Counted from the stretch's first letter, positions 1 to 8,057 are shown. The stretch is 49,703 nucleotides of DNA from Thermoguttaceae bacterium (GCA_039679885.1 JBDKUC010000207.1:1-49703); one strand, 5' to 3'. The notes: a model not told the origin generated them from the sequence alone. A program made the numbers and translations.

Positions 1-1967
1 CGCGTGCTCTCGTCCTTCGTGACCGGCGTCTGCATGTCGTCGGTCAGTAGTTGGAACCGCGTGCGGAGGTCGCCGGGCCGGACCGCTTTGACGCGGATGC
101 GATAGAGCGTTTCGGCCTTCGGCTCGAGTCGGCCGAGACTGTCGAACACCACACGGTTGCCTTCCAGCGAGTGACGCGTTGGGCCTTCGGCGGCCAACGC
201 CTGCAACTCGGCCGGCAGAACGACGGCCAGCCGCACATTCGACGACGCCTTCGAGCCCTGGTTCGTCACGTGGACCTCGTACGTCGTCTCGCCGCCGATC
301 TCGACCGGGTTCGCCGTGCTGGCCACTTGGAAAAGAATGGCCGCAACGCCGTCAACCTGGACCGGCTGATGCTTCTCGACCACGAGACCCTTCTGGGCCG
401 TGCCGCGGAGATGAATCGCGTGCTGGCCGGGCTCGACCGGCATCGTCAGCAGTTCCACCGTGCCCGTCTCGTTCACCGGCAACTCGTCAAGCCGCCAGCG
501 CACGGTCCGCGTCGCTTCCTCGTAGTAGCCGGCGTTGCTCGCGCCCATGAACTTCAGCCCGGGCGGCAAGGAGGCGACGAGCTCGACATTCTTGGCCGGC
601 GCGGTCCCGGGGTTCGACACTGAGAACTCATACTTCGCCTGCCGCTCGAGGAACCGCTTCTTTGGGCCGTCCACGGCCACGTCGAGCAGCGGCGCGACAA
701 CCTCGAGGTTCCGCTTGTTCTCCGCCCGCAGATTGCCGTCGCCGCGAGCAACCAAAGCGTTGGTCAGCGGGCCAGGCTTGCTGGCCACCAGGGGCAGATC
801 GAGCCGGCGGCTTTCGCCTGGCTTCAGGTCGCCGACCTGATACTCGAGCTCGGCGCCGGCCGGATGCTGCAAGCCGGCCGGAATCCGCTCTTCGAGCACC
901 ACGCCCGTTGCCACTCCGGTGCCGGGGTTCGAGACGATAATCGAGAGAGTCATCTGCTCGCCGATCAGGACCTTCGGCGGGGCGGCCGTCTCGATGGCGA
1001 GTTGCGGCCGCGTGGCAACCGATCGGGCCGACGCATCGGCGCCGAAATGGACCGTCGCCACGCTGCCAATCTCCCCTTCCGCTGTCGGCATCAGTTGCAT
1101 TTCGACGGCCGCTTCCTCGTTCGGCCGGATCGTGCCCAGCGTCCAAACCAGTTCGCCGCGCGTGCCGCGCTTCGCTTCCGGCGTCGTGCCGAGCAGCCGG
1201 GTGCCGCGCGGAACCTGATCGCGGATCTCAAGATCGCTGGCCGGCACCGACCCCGTGTTCCGCACGGTGATCCGGAACGCCGCCGGCTTTCCCACCTGAA
1301 TTTCGCGCGGGGCCACCTTCTGAATCGTCACTTGTGGAGACTGCGCGCCGTCCAGTTGCGGATCGCCCGGCTGCGCCGTTCCCTCGGCGTCCACCGAGGC
1401 GCTCGTTCCGAAACCGCTCGACGAGCTGCCCAGCGTCGTTCGCTCGGGGCGAGTCGACGGAAACTCGCCGGATCGCATGGCCGGCGCGGCGTAAGGGTCC
1501 GGCCGGAACGGGGCCGGCCGATCCGATCGCGCGCCGGGCGCCGAATACCGATCTCCGCGCCGATCGGCCATGCGGCTCTGCCCGGCCGATCGCGGGACAT
1601 AGCGTTCGTTGGCCGGCCGGCTCGCCACGTTGGGCATAAGCGACGGGCCAGCGTCGGGAACATCCGACGTTGCCGACGTCCTTACCGTCGAGTAGCGGCG
1701 CCCGTCGCCAAACGGATCGCTCAGCGAGGGCCGCGCGGCGGGCCTGCTTTGCATCGCGCGAGCCGGCTGCCCCAGCGACGGGCCTCGCAAGGGGTTCTCC
1801 TCTCGGGCCGATCTCGACGCCGGCTGGCCGCCGTCGTTGGTTGTGCTGGTGGCGTTCGGCGTGTCGCCATAGATCGAATCGCCGCCCCGCTGGGCATGGG
1901 CGATCGTAATCCAGCCCAGTGTGACAATCGTGGCCAACGCACCAACGCGGAGAAGAAGAGCTCTCAT
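1..1967 (-). CDS. DUF11 / conserved-repeat-domain surface protein, N-terminal part (3' end runs off the left edge)
   Basis: My own minus-strand translation from the ATG at 1967-1965 is stop-free down to base 3. It gives a signal peptide (MRALLLRVGALATIVTLGWITIAHA), an R/S/P-rich linker, then four ~115-aa repeats with DUF11-type cores: FRITVRNTGSVPASDLEIRDQVP, LSIIVSNPGTGVATGVVLEERIP, YEFSVSNPGTAPAKNVELVASLP, YEVHVTNQGSKASSNVRLAVVLP. It is absent from the ORF track because it has no stop inside the window. Confidence 0.8.
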   Translation of the reverse strand, partial: MRALLLRVGALATIVTLGWITIAHAQRGGDSIYGDTPNATSTTNDGGQPASRSAREENPLRGPSLGQPARAMQSRPAARPSLSDPFGDGRRYSTVRTSATSDVPDAGPSLMPNVASRPANERYVPRSAGQSRMADRRGDRYSAPGARSDRPAPFRPDPYAAPAMRSGEFPSTRPERTTLGSSSSGFGTSASVDAEGTAQPGDPQLDGAQSPQVTIQKVAPREIQVGKPAAFRITVRNTGSVPASDLEIRDQVPRGTRLLGTTPEAKRGTRGELVWTLGTIRPNEEAAVEMQLMPTAEGEIGSVATVHFGADASARSVATRPQLAIETAAPPKVLIGEQMTLSIIVSNPGTGVATGVVLEERIPAGLQHPAGAELEYQVGDLKPGESRRLDLPLVASKPGPLTNALVARGDGNLRAENKRNLEVVAPLLDVAVDGPKKRFLERQAKYEFSVSNPGTAPAKNVELVASLPPGLKFMGASNAGYYEEATRTVRWRLDELPVNETGTVELLTMPVEPGQHAIHLRGTAQKGLVVEKHQPVQVDGVAAILFQVASTANPVEIGGETTYEVHVTNQGSKASSNVRLAVVLPAELQALAAEGPTRHSLEGNRVVFDSLGRLEPKAETLYRIRVKAVRPGDLRTRFQLLTDDMQTPVTKDEST

Positions 1968-2494
1968 GGCACTCCCCTTATGGAAGGGGTAAACTTCCAA
2001 CGAAAAGGCGCCCCTGGTAATACAAGTGGCCGGCTAATTACCAAAATCCGGCCGCCGGGGGAAGGGCAGTTTTTACCTCTCCCCGCCCGGCCAGCCCCTC
2101 GTGCCACATCGCAGCGTGCCCGGCACGCGTCCGCCACCCTAGCGTTTTCCTAAAACGCAACCCGCTGCCTGGCTCGACTTCTAGTGGAAAATTCAGGTAG
2201 TGAGTCAACAGTGCCTTGCCGCAAACGCAAGCCGAAAAGACTGATTCTTTCCCTTGAACCGCGCCAGTCGGTTTGGTACAAGGATCAGTAGCCGGCAACT
2301 GAGTAGCAGTATGCCGCGTTATCGTTTAGCTCAGTGTTGCTGACGTGCCGTCGATGAATGTTGCTGCAGCCGTTTTGCTCCACGGCTGGAAACCGCTCTC
2401 AACCAAAAAACCGTACTGTCCGATAAGCTACGATGCGCCTAGAATCCCGTCGGCTGGGCCTGACCCAGCCGGACAAAAGCGCCCCGGAAAATAA

Positions 2495-2523
2495 TTGACG
2501 GCGATGACGACCAGGAATATCTT
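2495..2523 (+). promoter_or_regulatory. candidate sigma-70-type promoter for the orf156-hicB-hicA operon
   Basis: TTGACG (2495-2500), a 17-nt spacer, then TATCTT (2518-2523), about 100 nt upstream of the ORF at 2622 in an AT-richer non-coding stretch. This is pattern match only, and planctomycete promoter rules are poorly known. Confidence 0.25.
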
Positions 2524-2621
2524 AGGGAAGATGCGTAAGCCGCGTTGATGCTGGGGGGTGCGGTACATTGCAGAATTCAGCCTTATCGCAGTAGTCAATC
2601 TGGCCTGAACGTTCCTATCCC

Positions 2622-3092
2622 ATGGGAGGGTGGAAGCTTGTGAAACCGGTATTGCAGGCACTTGTTTTGGCTGACCGTGTCTACCAAGAGGTGGGCGGAA
2701 AGAAAATCATCGCTGGTACGTTCAGTGGATACAAGTTCAGCTCAAAACCGCCGATTGCCGAAATCGAGCGCCCAGACGGCTCGAAACAACGAGTGTTAGT
2801 TGGCGGTATGAACATAGGGTCGCCGTCAGCCTACGTGAGCTTGACCGATGTATGCGACAGCACGGTTCTTCAGATTCAATTTGTTAATCTGTCCAAGAAC
2901 GTTGTGTTGTTTGGAACCGAAGTTACGCTCTCCAACGTTGACAGGCTTAGCAACACCGAATTAGTTCTGCCACTGCCTGTGCTGCCAATCTCAGAGGCCG
3001 GAGTGTACGCCTTACAGGTTGTATGCGAGGGAGAGATACTTGGTTCATGGCGAGTGGTGGCGGAAAACTTAGAGCCAAAGAAAGAGGAGTAG
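2622..3092 (+). CDS. hypothetical small protein (predicted mostly beta), first gene of the hicBA islet
   Basis: 156-aa ORF in an AT-richer islet. Its stop is 4 nt before hicB, and GAGGAG lies just upstream of hicB. A possible alternative start is GTG 2640 (VKPVLQALVLADRVY...). I cannot name a family. Confidence 0.6.
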   Translation: MGGWKLVKPVLQALVLADRVYQEVGGKKIIAGTFSGYKFSSKPPIAEIERPDGSKQRVLVGGMNIGSPSAYVSLTDVCDSTVLQIQFVNLSKNVVLFGTEVTLSNVDRLSNTELVLPLPVLPISEAGVYALQVVCEGEILGSWRVVAENLEPKKEE

Positions 3093-3096
3093 TCTA

Positions 3097-3420
3097 ATGA
3101 CGCCAGCACTTCTTGAAAACGAAAGCAATTCTACGACATTCGTGTTCGAGCAAGTCGAATGGCGGGAGAAGACCGGCTATCCATGCCATGTCAGTCTCGT
3201 TCGTGAAGATGATGGGCAGATTTCGGCTTTCGTCTTGAATCTCCCCGGGGCAGCAAGTTGTGGCGACACGGAAGTCGAGGCACTGGAGAACGTCAAGGAA
3301 TCCATTCGTGGCCTGATTGAGGTATACAGAGAGAACGGCGATCCAATTCCTTGGAAGGATTATCGATCAGACGACATACCCGAAGGCGCAACGACAAAGT
3401 GGATTCTGGTGAATGTCTAG
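3097..3420 (+). CDS. hicB: HicB-family antitoxin (N-terminal HicB fold only, UPF0150-like)
   Basis: 107 aa. FVLNLPGAASCGDTEVEALENVKESIRGLIEVYRENGDPIP matches the HicB/UPF0150 pattern. It overlaps hicA by 8 nt. Confidence 0.8.
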   Translation: MTPALLENESNSTTFVFEQVEWREKTGYPCHVSLVREDDGQISAFVLNLPGAASCGDTEVEALENVKESIRGLIEVYRENGDPIPWKDYRSDDIPEGATTKWILVNV

Positions 3421-3643
3421 CAAGGTGCCGAGGGTGACAGGTGAGGAAGCCATCAAGGCGTTCTGCAAGGATGGCTATTCGATTGTTCGGATAACCGGAA
3501 GCCATCACTATCTGCGTCACCCCGGGAAGCCAGTGGCCTTGTCCATTCCCGTACACAAAGGGCATACGCTTGGCGTCGGCCTGCTGGCATCCAAAATAAA
3601 AGACGCTGGGCTGACAGTGGAAGAGTTTCAGAGACTTCTCTAG
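3413..3643 (+). CDS. hicA: HicA-family mRNA interferase toxin (YcfA-like)
   Basis: 76 aa. KVPRVTGEEAIKAFCKDGYSIVRITGSHHYLRHPGKP...IPVHKGHTLGVGLLASKIKDAGL is a typical HicA sequence. The ATG at 3413 lies inside the end of hicB. Confidence 0.9.
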   Translation: MSSKVPRVTGEEAIKAFCKDGYSIVRITGSHHYLRHPGKPVALSIPVHKGHTLGVGLLASKIKDAGLTVEEFQRLL

Positions 3644-3748
3644 AACCTTCCGTGCGGGACGGGGGATTAATGCTCGCATGTATTTATTCCCGAGGCGTCC
3701 AGCGGCGACGTCGAGTCGGCCAGCTAACCAAGCAGTACGGCAGGTCGC

Positions 3749-3846
3749 TCATTTCCGCCTCTTGAACACGAAGAGCGGATCGTGGGCGAAGCAGTCGCGG
3801 CCGTGCTTCTTGAGGAATCGGGCGAGGTTCTCGGGGGAATCGGAGA
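3749..3846 (-). pseudogene. 3'-terminal fragment of a paralogue of the lipoprotein gene at 4500-5129
   Basis: 3761-3846 matches 4512-4597 with only a few mismatches. It encodes ...SDSPENLARFLKKHGRDCFAHDPLFVFKRRK, against ...SDSPENIARFLRKHGRDCFAHDPLFVFKKQR in the full gene. The similarity stops abruptly upstream. Confidence 0.6.
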
Positions 3847-3908
3847 GTGTGGCGACGTTGGGAAAATGACCTTCTTGGCTCGGTGTCGCCGGCGGAGCGG
3901 ATTCTGAT

Positions 3909-4430
3909 ATGTGGAGTACGCTCAAGGAGAAATTGTTCGCCATCCTTGCCGTAGCGGGGTGCGCCTTCTTCCTCTGGCATTTCTGGGAAGTGCTGTGTCG
4001 CCTGAACGGTTGGGACGCCCGCGGCAGACCCCTCGGACTGCTTTGCCTGGGGCTCGCTGTCCTATTATTCGCTGGTGGCGGAATTGCGATCGTTGTCTAT
4101 CGGAAGTACCAGCGCGACATGAATCGACTCTTCACAGCCGACGAGCGTGAGGAGTTTGGTAGGATGATGCAGACGTGTCGCCAGGCCAGCGGCACGTACG
4201 GACGAAAAGCTGGACTGCTGGCAGGCGCTGTCGGCGTACTTGGCGGCTGCTTGTATGCCTTATGTGGCCAGTCTCCGCTGTTGGCGTTTCTCCCGGCGGC
4301 CGCAGTCGCCCTGATTTGGCTGCCGTTCAGTATACGCCGCGCGGTGCGAGATCGTCGAAGGATGCAGGAGTCGCTAGATCGTTTGCAGGCAAAGGCCGAG
4401 AAGGGCACACAAGCGTCGAAGGTTCCATAG
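3909..4430 (+). CDS. hypothetical membrane protein (about 4 TM segments)
   Basis: 173-aa ORF with hydrophobic segments (LFAILAVAGCAFFLW, LLCLGLAVLLFAGGGIAIVVY, LLAGAVGVLGGCLYAL, LLAFLPAAAVALIWL) and a basic/coiled C-terminus. No recognisable family. Confidence 0.55.
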   Translation: MWSTLKEKLFAILAVAGCAFFLWHFWEVLCRLNGWDARGRPLGLLCLGLAVLLFAGGGIAIVVYRKYQRDMNRLFTADEREEFGRMMQTCRQASGTYGRKAGLLAGAVGVLGGCLYALCGQSPLLAFLPAAAVALIWLPFSIRRAVRDRRRMQESLDRLQAKAEKGTQASKVP

Positions 4431-4499
4431 GCAGCCGCATCCCAGAATTGGCCTATATCTGAAATCGACGTTGCCGCGGTTCGGCGAGCAGTGCGCGTT

Positions 4500-5129
4500 C
4501 TATCTTTGCTTCTTGAACACGAAGAGCGGATCGTGGGCGAAGCAGTCGCGGCCGTGCTTCCTGAGGAATCGGGCGATGTTTTCAGGGGAATCGGAGACTG
4601 TAATGCTCTCCGTCTCGTCGATCATTGAAATCAGTCCTCCGAGGAACGAGGTCGTCTTCTTGGTGACGAGAGTGCCTTGCAGCTCCTTCGATTGGATGGC
4701 CGCGGCGATGCGATCGTCCTCCATCGGACGCACCTCCAGCGTCTGTTGGTCCGGCAAGTCGTAGCGGACGATCGTGTAGGTGTTCAGCGGTTTCTTGGCG
4801 TCGGCGTCCATGCTTTGCATGGTCAAGAAGCACTGAGACCCGATCTTCGTTGTGAAGATGGGAAATGCGTATTCTTCTTTCTCCTTGGGGTTCTCGCTGG
4901 ACGAACCGACGGCTTTGATGTCGAGCGATTTGCCTTTTCCCTTGGCCACGGTGACAAGCATCACGTCTTGGCCTTCGGCCCATTTCCATTGGCCCAGCAG
5001 CCGGTCGTCGCGATCGGAGGTCTTCTCGTCCGACAACGGATGAAGGAAGACAGGCCCGCAGGACACGGCGGAGAGACAGAAAGCCGTCAGAAGGCACGCG
5101 GCCAGTGCATTGCCCTTTCGCGACATCAT
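4500..5129 (-). CDS. hypothetical lipoprotein
   Basis: 209 aa with a lipobox signal peptide (MMSRKGNALAACLLTAFCLSAVSC|G). The coding composition is coherent. No recognisable family. Confidence 0.7.
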   Translation of the reverse strand: MMSRKGNALAACLLTAFCLSAVSCGPVFLHPLSDEKTSDRDDRLLGQWKWAEGQDVMLVTVAKGKGKSLDIKAVGSSSENPKEKEEYAFPIFTTKIGSQCFLTMQSMDADAKKPLNTYTIVRYDLPDQQTLEVRPMEDDRIAAAIQSKELQGTLVTKKTTSFLGGLISMIDETESITVSDSPENIARFLRKHGRDCFAHDPLFVFKKQR

Positions 5130-5292
5130 CGAACCTCCAGAATGAGATTCCTAGAGTACCGTCGACGCCTGCGTATTCTAGAGACGGCTTGGGATCGCGT
5201 CCATACAGCGGTGCGTGCCGGTCATCACCGTTCAGGGGACCACCCCCCTTTATCGCCGCCTTCCGCAATCGTCTAGAGCGCTTCTCAAACAC

Positions 5293-5322
5293 CGGTCCAG
5301 GTTAGAGCGGTCCAGGTTAGAG
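5293..5322. repeat. perfect 15-bp tandem direct repeat (CGGTCCAGGTTAGAG x2)
   Basis: Read directly: 5293-5307 equals 5308-5322. It lies about 75 nt upstream of the DUF1559 gene start, in a divergent intergenic region. Confidence 0.9.
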
Positions 5323-5398
5323 AGATTGCCTATTGTCTTTTTGGGGCCGGCGGACTATAAAGCGAGTGTTACGGGCCTTCCATTCGTAACACCACGCC

Positions 5399-6040
5399 AT
5401 GTCACCCACATCGGCAACCAAACCGTCGTCGCGTCGGGCCTTTTCGCTCGTCGAATTGCTCGTGGTCATCGCGATCACGGCCGTGCTGCTGAGCTTGCTG
5501 CTTCCGGCCGTCCAGGCCGCTAGAGAGGCGGCTCGCAACATGTCGTGCAATAACAACCTGCACGAGATCGGCTTGGCGGCGCAGTTGCACGTCACGGCGT
5601 GCGGCCGCTTCCCGCCGGCCTACGACGCGACGACCAGCGTGCCGAGCCGGTGGATGGATTTCCTGAAGCCCTACATCTCGAAGGGCTGTTCGGTCTACCG
5701 TTGCCCCAGCGATCCGATCCAAAAGCCCTATGCTTACGATCCGGAAATCACGCTCAGTTACGGAATCAACCTGTGGCGGATCCGCGGGCACACGGACGAC
5801 GCGCATTACTTTTGGTACCCGGTTCGCCGCGAGGACATTCGCCGCACCAGCGGGATCATCCTCTGCGCCGATTGCACGCCTGGCAAGATGCAATGCGGCA
5901 ACGACGTGGCCGCGTTCGCCAGCCCGGTGCCGTATGTCGACTACCGCCACGGCGGCGGCACGTTCAACGCCGTCTATTGCGACGGCCATGCCGAGACCCG
6001 ATCACTGACGACCCAGGCGGACTGGGACGCCATGCCGTAG
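5399..6040 (+). CDS. DUF1559 / H-X9-DG protein with prepilin-type N-terminal cleavage/methylation domain
   Basis: [43 protein letters not shown] is the classic planctomycete prepilin-like N-terminus. The C-terminal [14 protein letters not shown] fits the H-X9-DG motif. Confidence 0.9.
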   Translation: MSPTSATKPSSRRAFSLVELLVVIAITAVLLSLLLPAVQAAREAARNMSCNNNLHEIGLAAQLHVTACGRFPPAYDATTSVPSRWMDFLKPYISKGCSVYRCPSDPIQKPYAYDPEITLSYGINLWRIRGHTDDAHYFWYPVRREDIRRTSGIILCADCTPGKMQCGNDVAAFASPVPYVDYRHGGGTFNAVYCDGHAETRSLTTQADWDAMP

Positions 6041-6063
6041 CAGCGTGATCGAACTAACCTTCA

Positions 6064-6134
6064 GGGAACACTAATCGCCACTAATCTCCGCTAATTTTCA
6101 CCGATTGGCGTAAATCGGCGGAGATTCGTGTTCC
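6064..6134. repeat. hairpin element with 10-nt periodic arms (CACTAATCNC units)
   Basis: The sequence is GGGAACACTAATCGCCACTAATCTCCGCTAATTTTCACCG ... GATTCGTGTTCC, with ends that are inverted repeats. A related inverted copy lies at 11351-11423. Confidence 0.7.
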
Positions 6135-6199
6135 TAAAGAGCTGATCAAGTTGTTTTGACGCGACGCCTTGCTTGACGTCTTTCTATGAACGGAGGTAG

Positions 6200-7279
6200 A
6201 TGATGAAATCGTTAGGAACAGTCGTTCTGGGCGCGGGCGTGATCGGACTGGTCTGCGCGATCGCTTCGACGGCCAACGCCGCGTATAGCATGTACGGGAC
6301 CGGAATGTCCGTCGAAACGGGAACCGTTGCCAACGGCGTCCTCCACGTCCAGTGCGCCAACAACCTCTGGAATTCCACCGCGGGGAGCGGATCGCTCGCC
6401 AACACCTACGAAAACACCTTTAGCGGCTACGCCTGCGACGACTACGCGAAGGCCTGGCTGGTGACGGCCATTTATGGCGGCAGCAATCTGAACACCGCCA
6501 AGATCACCGCGACGGTCAACGGCCACACAATCGCCTCGCCGACGGTCGGCAACCTGGACGGCGTCAATGACACGAACGCCAATGTCTACGGCAGCTCGGT
6601 GGCGGGCATTTGGGTTCTGGGCCTCGCCATCGATCCGTCCTATCTGCACACGGACGGGTCGGCCGACGTCGTCAGCGTGGCCGTCACCGACAAAACCCAG
6701 GGGGCGACCGCCCTGTTCGACGGCCGGTCGTACTATCAGACCCTGGTGACGATTTCGCAGCGAGCCGGCCTCGACAGCACCTTGGATTACGCCTTCGCCA
6801 CGGGTGCGGGCGACATCGGCACATCGACCGGTTACGTCACTTCCCGCATTCTGAATCTCGGCGGCCTGGGCGGCCCGTCCTTCGGCCGGGCCGACCTCTA
6901 CGCCGGCTACCTCTACGGCGACGCCAACCAGAAGGACTCGCTGCGGCTCAACGGTGTTTCGCTCCTCGGCGACGACGTGGCCACGAAAAACGGCACGGCG
7001 TCCTATCCGGCCGATTTCGTTCACACGAGCCTTTCGGCAGGCGGTCTGCTCGCCTCGAACAACACGCTGAAGTTCACCGTGGACGCGGCAGACTTTCCTG
7101 CAGGCAGCAGCCTGGAGGGGTCGCTGCGGCCAGAGTTCGCTGTTGTCGGCGTGAGCCATGCGGTGCCCGAGCCGGGGACGGTTCTCTTGCTGGCCGCCGG
7201 CGCCATCGCGCTGCCTTTCTTCGCGAAGAGCCGGCGGCGGCAGCGAAGCCGGCCGTCGGACGTTTCACCGGAGGAGTAG
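6200..7279 (+). CDS. PEP-CTERM sorting-domain secreted protein
   Basis: Signal peptide (MMKSLGTVVLGAGVIGLVCAIASTANA). The C-terminus VPEPGTVLLLAAGAIALPFFAKSRRRQR has the PEP motif, a TM helix and an Arg cluster. GGAGG lies at 6192-6196. Confidence 0.9.
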   Translation: MMKSLGTVVLGAGVIGLVCAIASTANAAYSMYGTGMSVETGTVANGVLHVQCANNLWNSTAGSGSLANTYENTFSGYACDDYAKAWLVTAIYGGSNLNTAKITATVNGHTIASPTVGNLDGVNDTNANVYGSSVAGIWVLGLAIDPSYLHTDGSADVVSVAVTDKTQGATALFDGRSYYQTLVTISQRAGLDSTLDYAFATGAGDIGTSTGYVTSRILNLGGLGGPSFGRADLYAGYLYGDANQKDSLRLNGVSLLGDDVATKNGTASYPADFVHTSLSAGGLLASNNTLKFTVDAADFPAGSSLEGSLRPEFAVVGVSHAVPEPGTVLLLAAGAIALPFFAKSRRRQRSRPSDVSPEE

Positions 7280-7283
7280 TCGA

Positions 7284-7994
7284 ATGCCATTCTACAAAGT
7301 GACCTATTCGGACGAGTACCGCCGGGCGACGGTGCACAACTGGGGCTGCAACTTCCGTTGCCAGGGCTGCACCTACAAGCTGAAGGAGAATCCGCGGCCA
7401 CAGTGGTTCTTCGGTGTGACCGCTGTCTGCGACTGCCTGCGGACGCTGGACCTTGATGCCGTCCATTTCATGGGCGGCGAGCCGACGACGAACCCCCAAC
7501 TGCCCGAGCTGCTGGCCTTCTGCAAACAGGAGCTGGGAGTCACCACGCGGCTGGGCCACACGAACGGCTCGGGCCTCGTGATCGAGAACCTCGACGCCAC
7601 CAACGTCAGCTTCAAGATGTTCGACGACGACTTGCACCGCGAGTATACCGGCTGCTCCGTGCTCCCGTCGCTCGACAATTTCCGGCGGTCGTACGAGGCC
7701 GGCTTGGCGGTGAAAGCCAGCACCGTGTTCAACCCGGAGCTGGGCGGCGTGGAGCAGGTCGCCAAGGTCGCGGCGTTCGTCGGAGGGCTCGATCGGCGAA
7801 TTCCGTTCCACGTGCTGGGATATATTCCCGTGCCCGGCGCCCCGTGGCGGCGTCCGACCGACGAGGAGATGTCCCAGGCGGTCGAGGCGGCGCGGCAGCA
7901 CGTGGATACGGTGACGTTCTCGCATTTCACGCCGGAACAGGCGAAGGACCTGCGGCAACGGGACGGGCGATTCGTCGTTCGACAGGTGCTTTAG
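7284..7994 (+). CDS. radical SAM protein (small, single 4Fe-4S cluster motif)
   Basis: The start is taken at ATG 7284, with GGAGGAG at 7270-7276, in frame with track ORF 7158-7994. It has a CNFRCQGC (CX3CX2C) motif in HNWGCNFRCQGCTYK and a GGEPTTNP SAM-binding motif. The start is 4 nt after the PEP-CTERM gene's stop. Confidence 0.85.
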   Translation: MPFYKVTYSDEYRRATVHNWGCNFRCQGCTYKLKENPRPQWFFGVTAVCDCLRTLDLDAVHFMGGEPTTNPQLPELLAFCKQELGVTTRLGHTNGSGLVIENLDATNVSFKMFDDDLHREYTGCSVLPSLDNFRRSYEAGLAVKASTVFNPELGGVEQVAKVAAFVGGLDRRIPFHVLGYIPVPGAPWRRPTDEEMSQAVEAARQHVDTVTFSHFTPEQAKDLRQRDGRFVVRQVL

Positions 7995-8012
7995 GACCCT
8001 CACGTGAAGCCT

Positions 8013-8057
8013 GGGGACTGTCCCGATTTTCGTGTCAGCGAAAATGGGACTGTCCCC
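8013..8057. repeat. paired palindrome element GGGGACTGTCCC-N21-GGGACTGTCCCC
   Basis: Two GGGAC-T-GTCCC dyads lie 33 bp centre to centre. The same 45-bp architecture occurs at 29861-29905, and a single dyad at 23418-23430. Confidence 0.8.

Noticed and set aside
2150-2621. A possible tRNA, integrase attachment site or small RNA in the 470-bp AT-richer non-coding stretch upstream of the hicBA islet.
   Set aside because: I could not find a T-loop (GGTTCRANYC) or a cloverleaf-compatible sequence on either strand. There is only one short hairpin (CGGCTGGG-CCTGAC-CCAGCCG, ~2450-2471) without a U-tract. No integrase gene is nearby.
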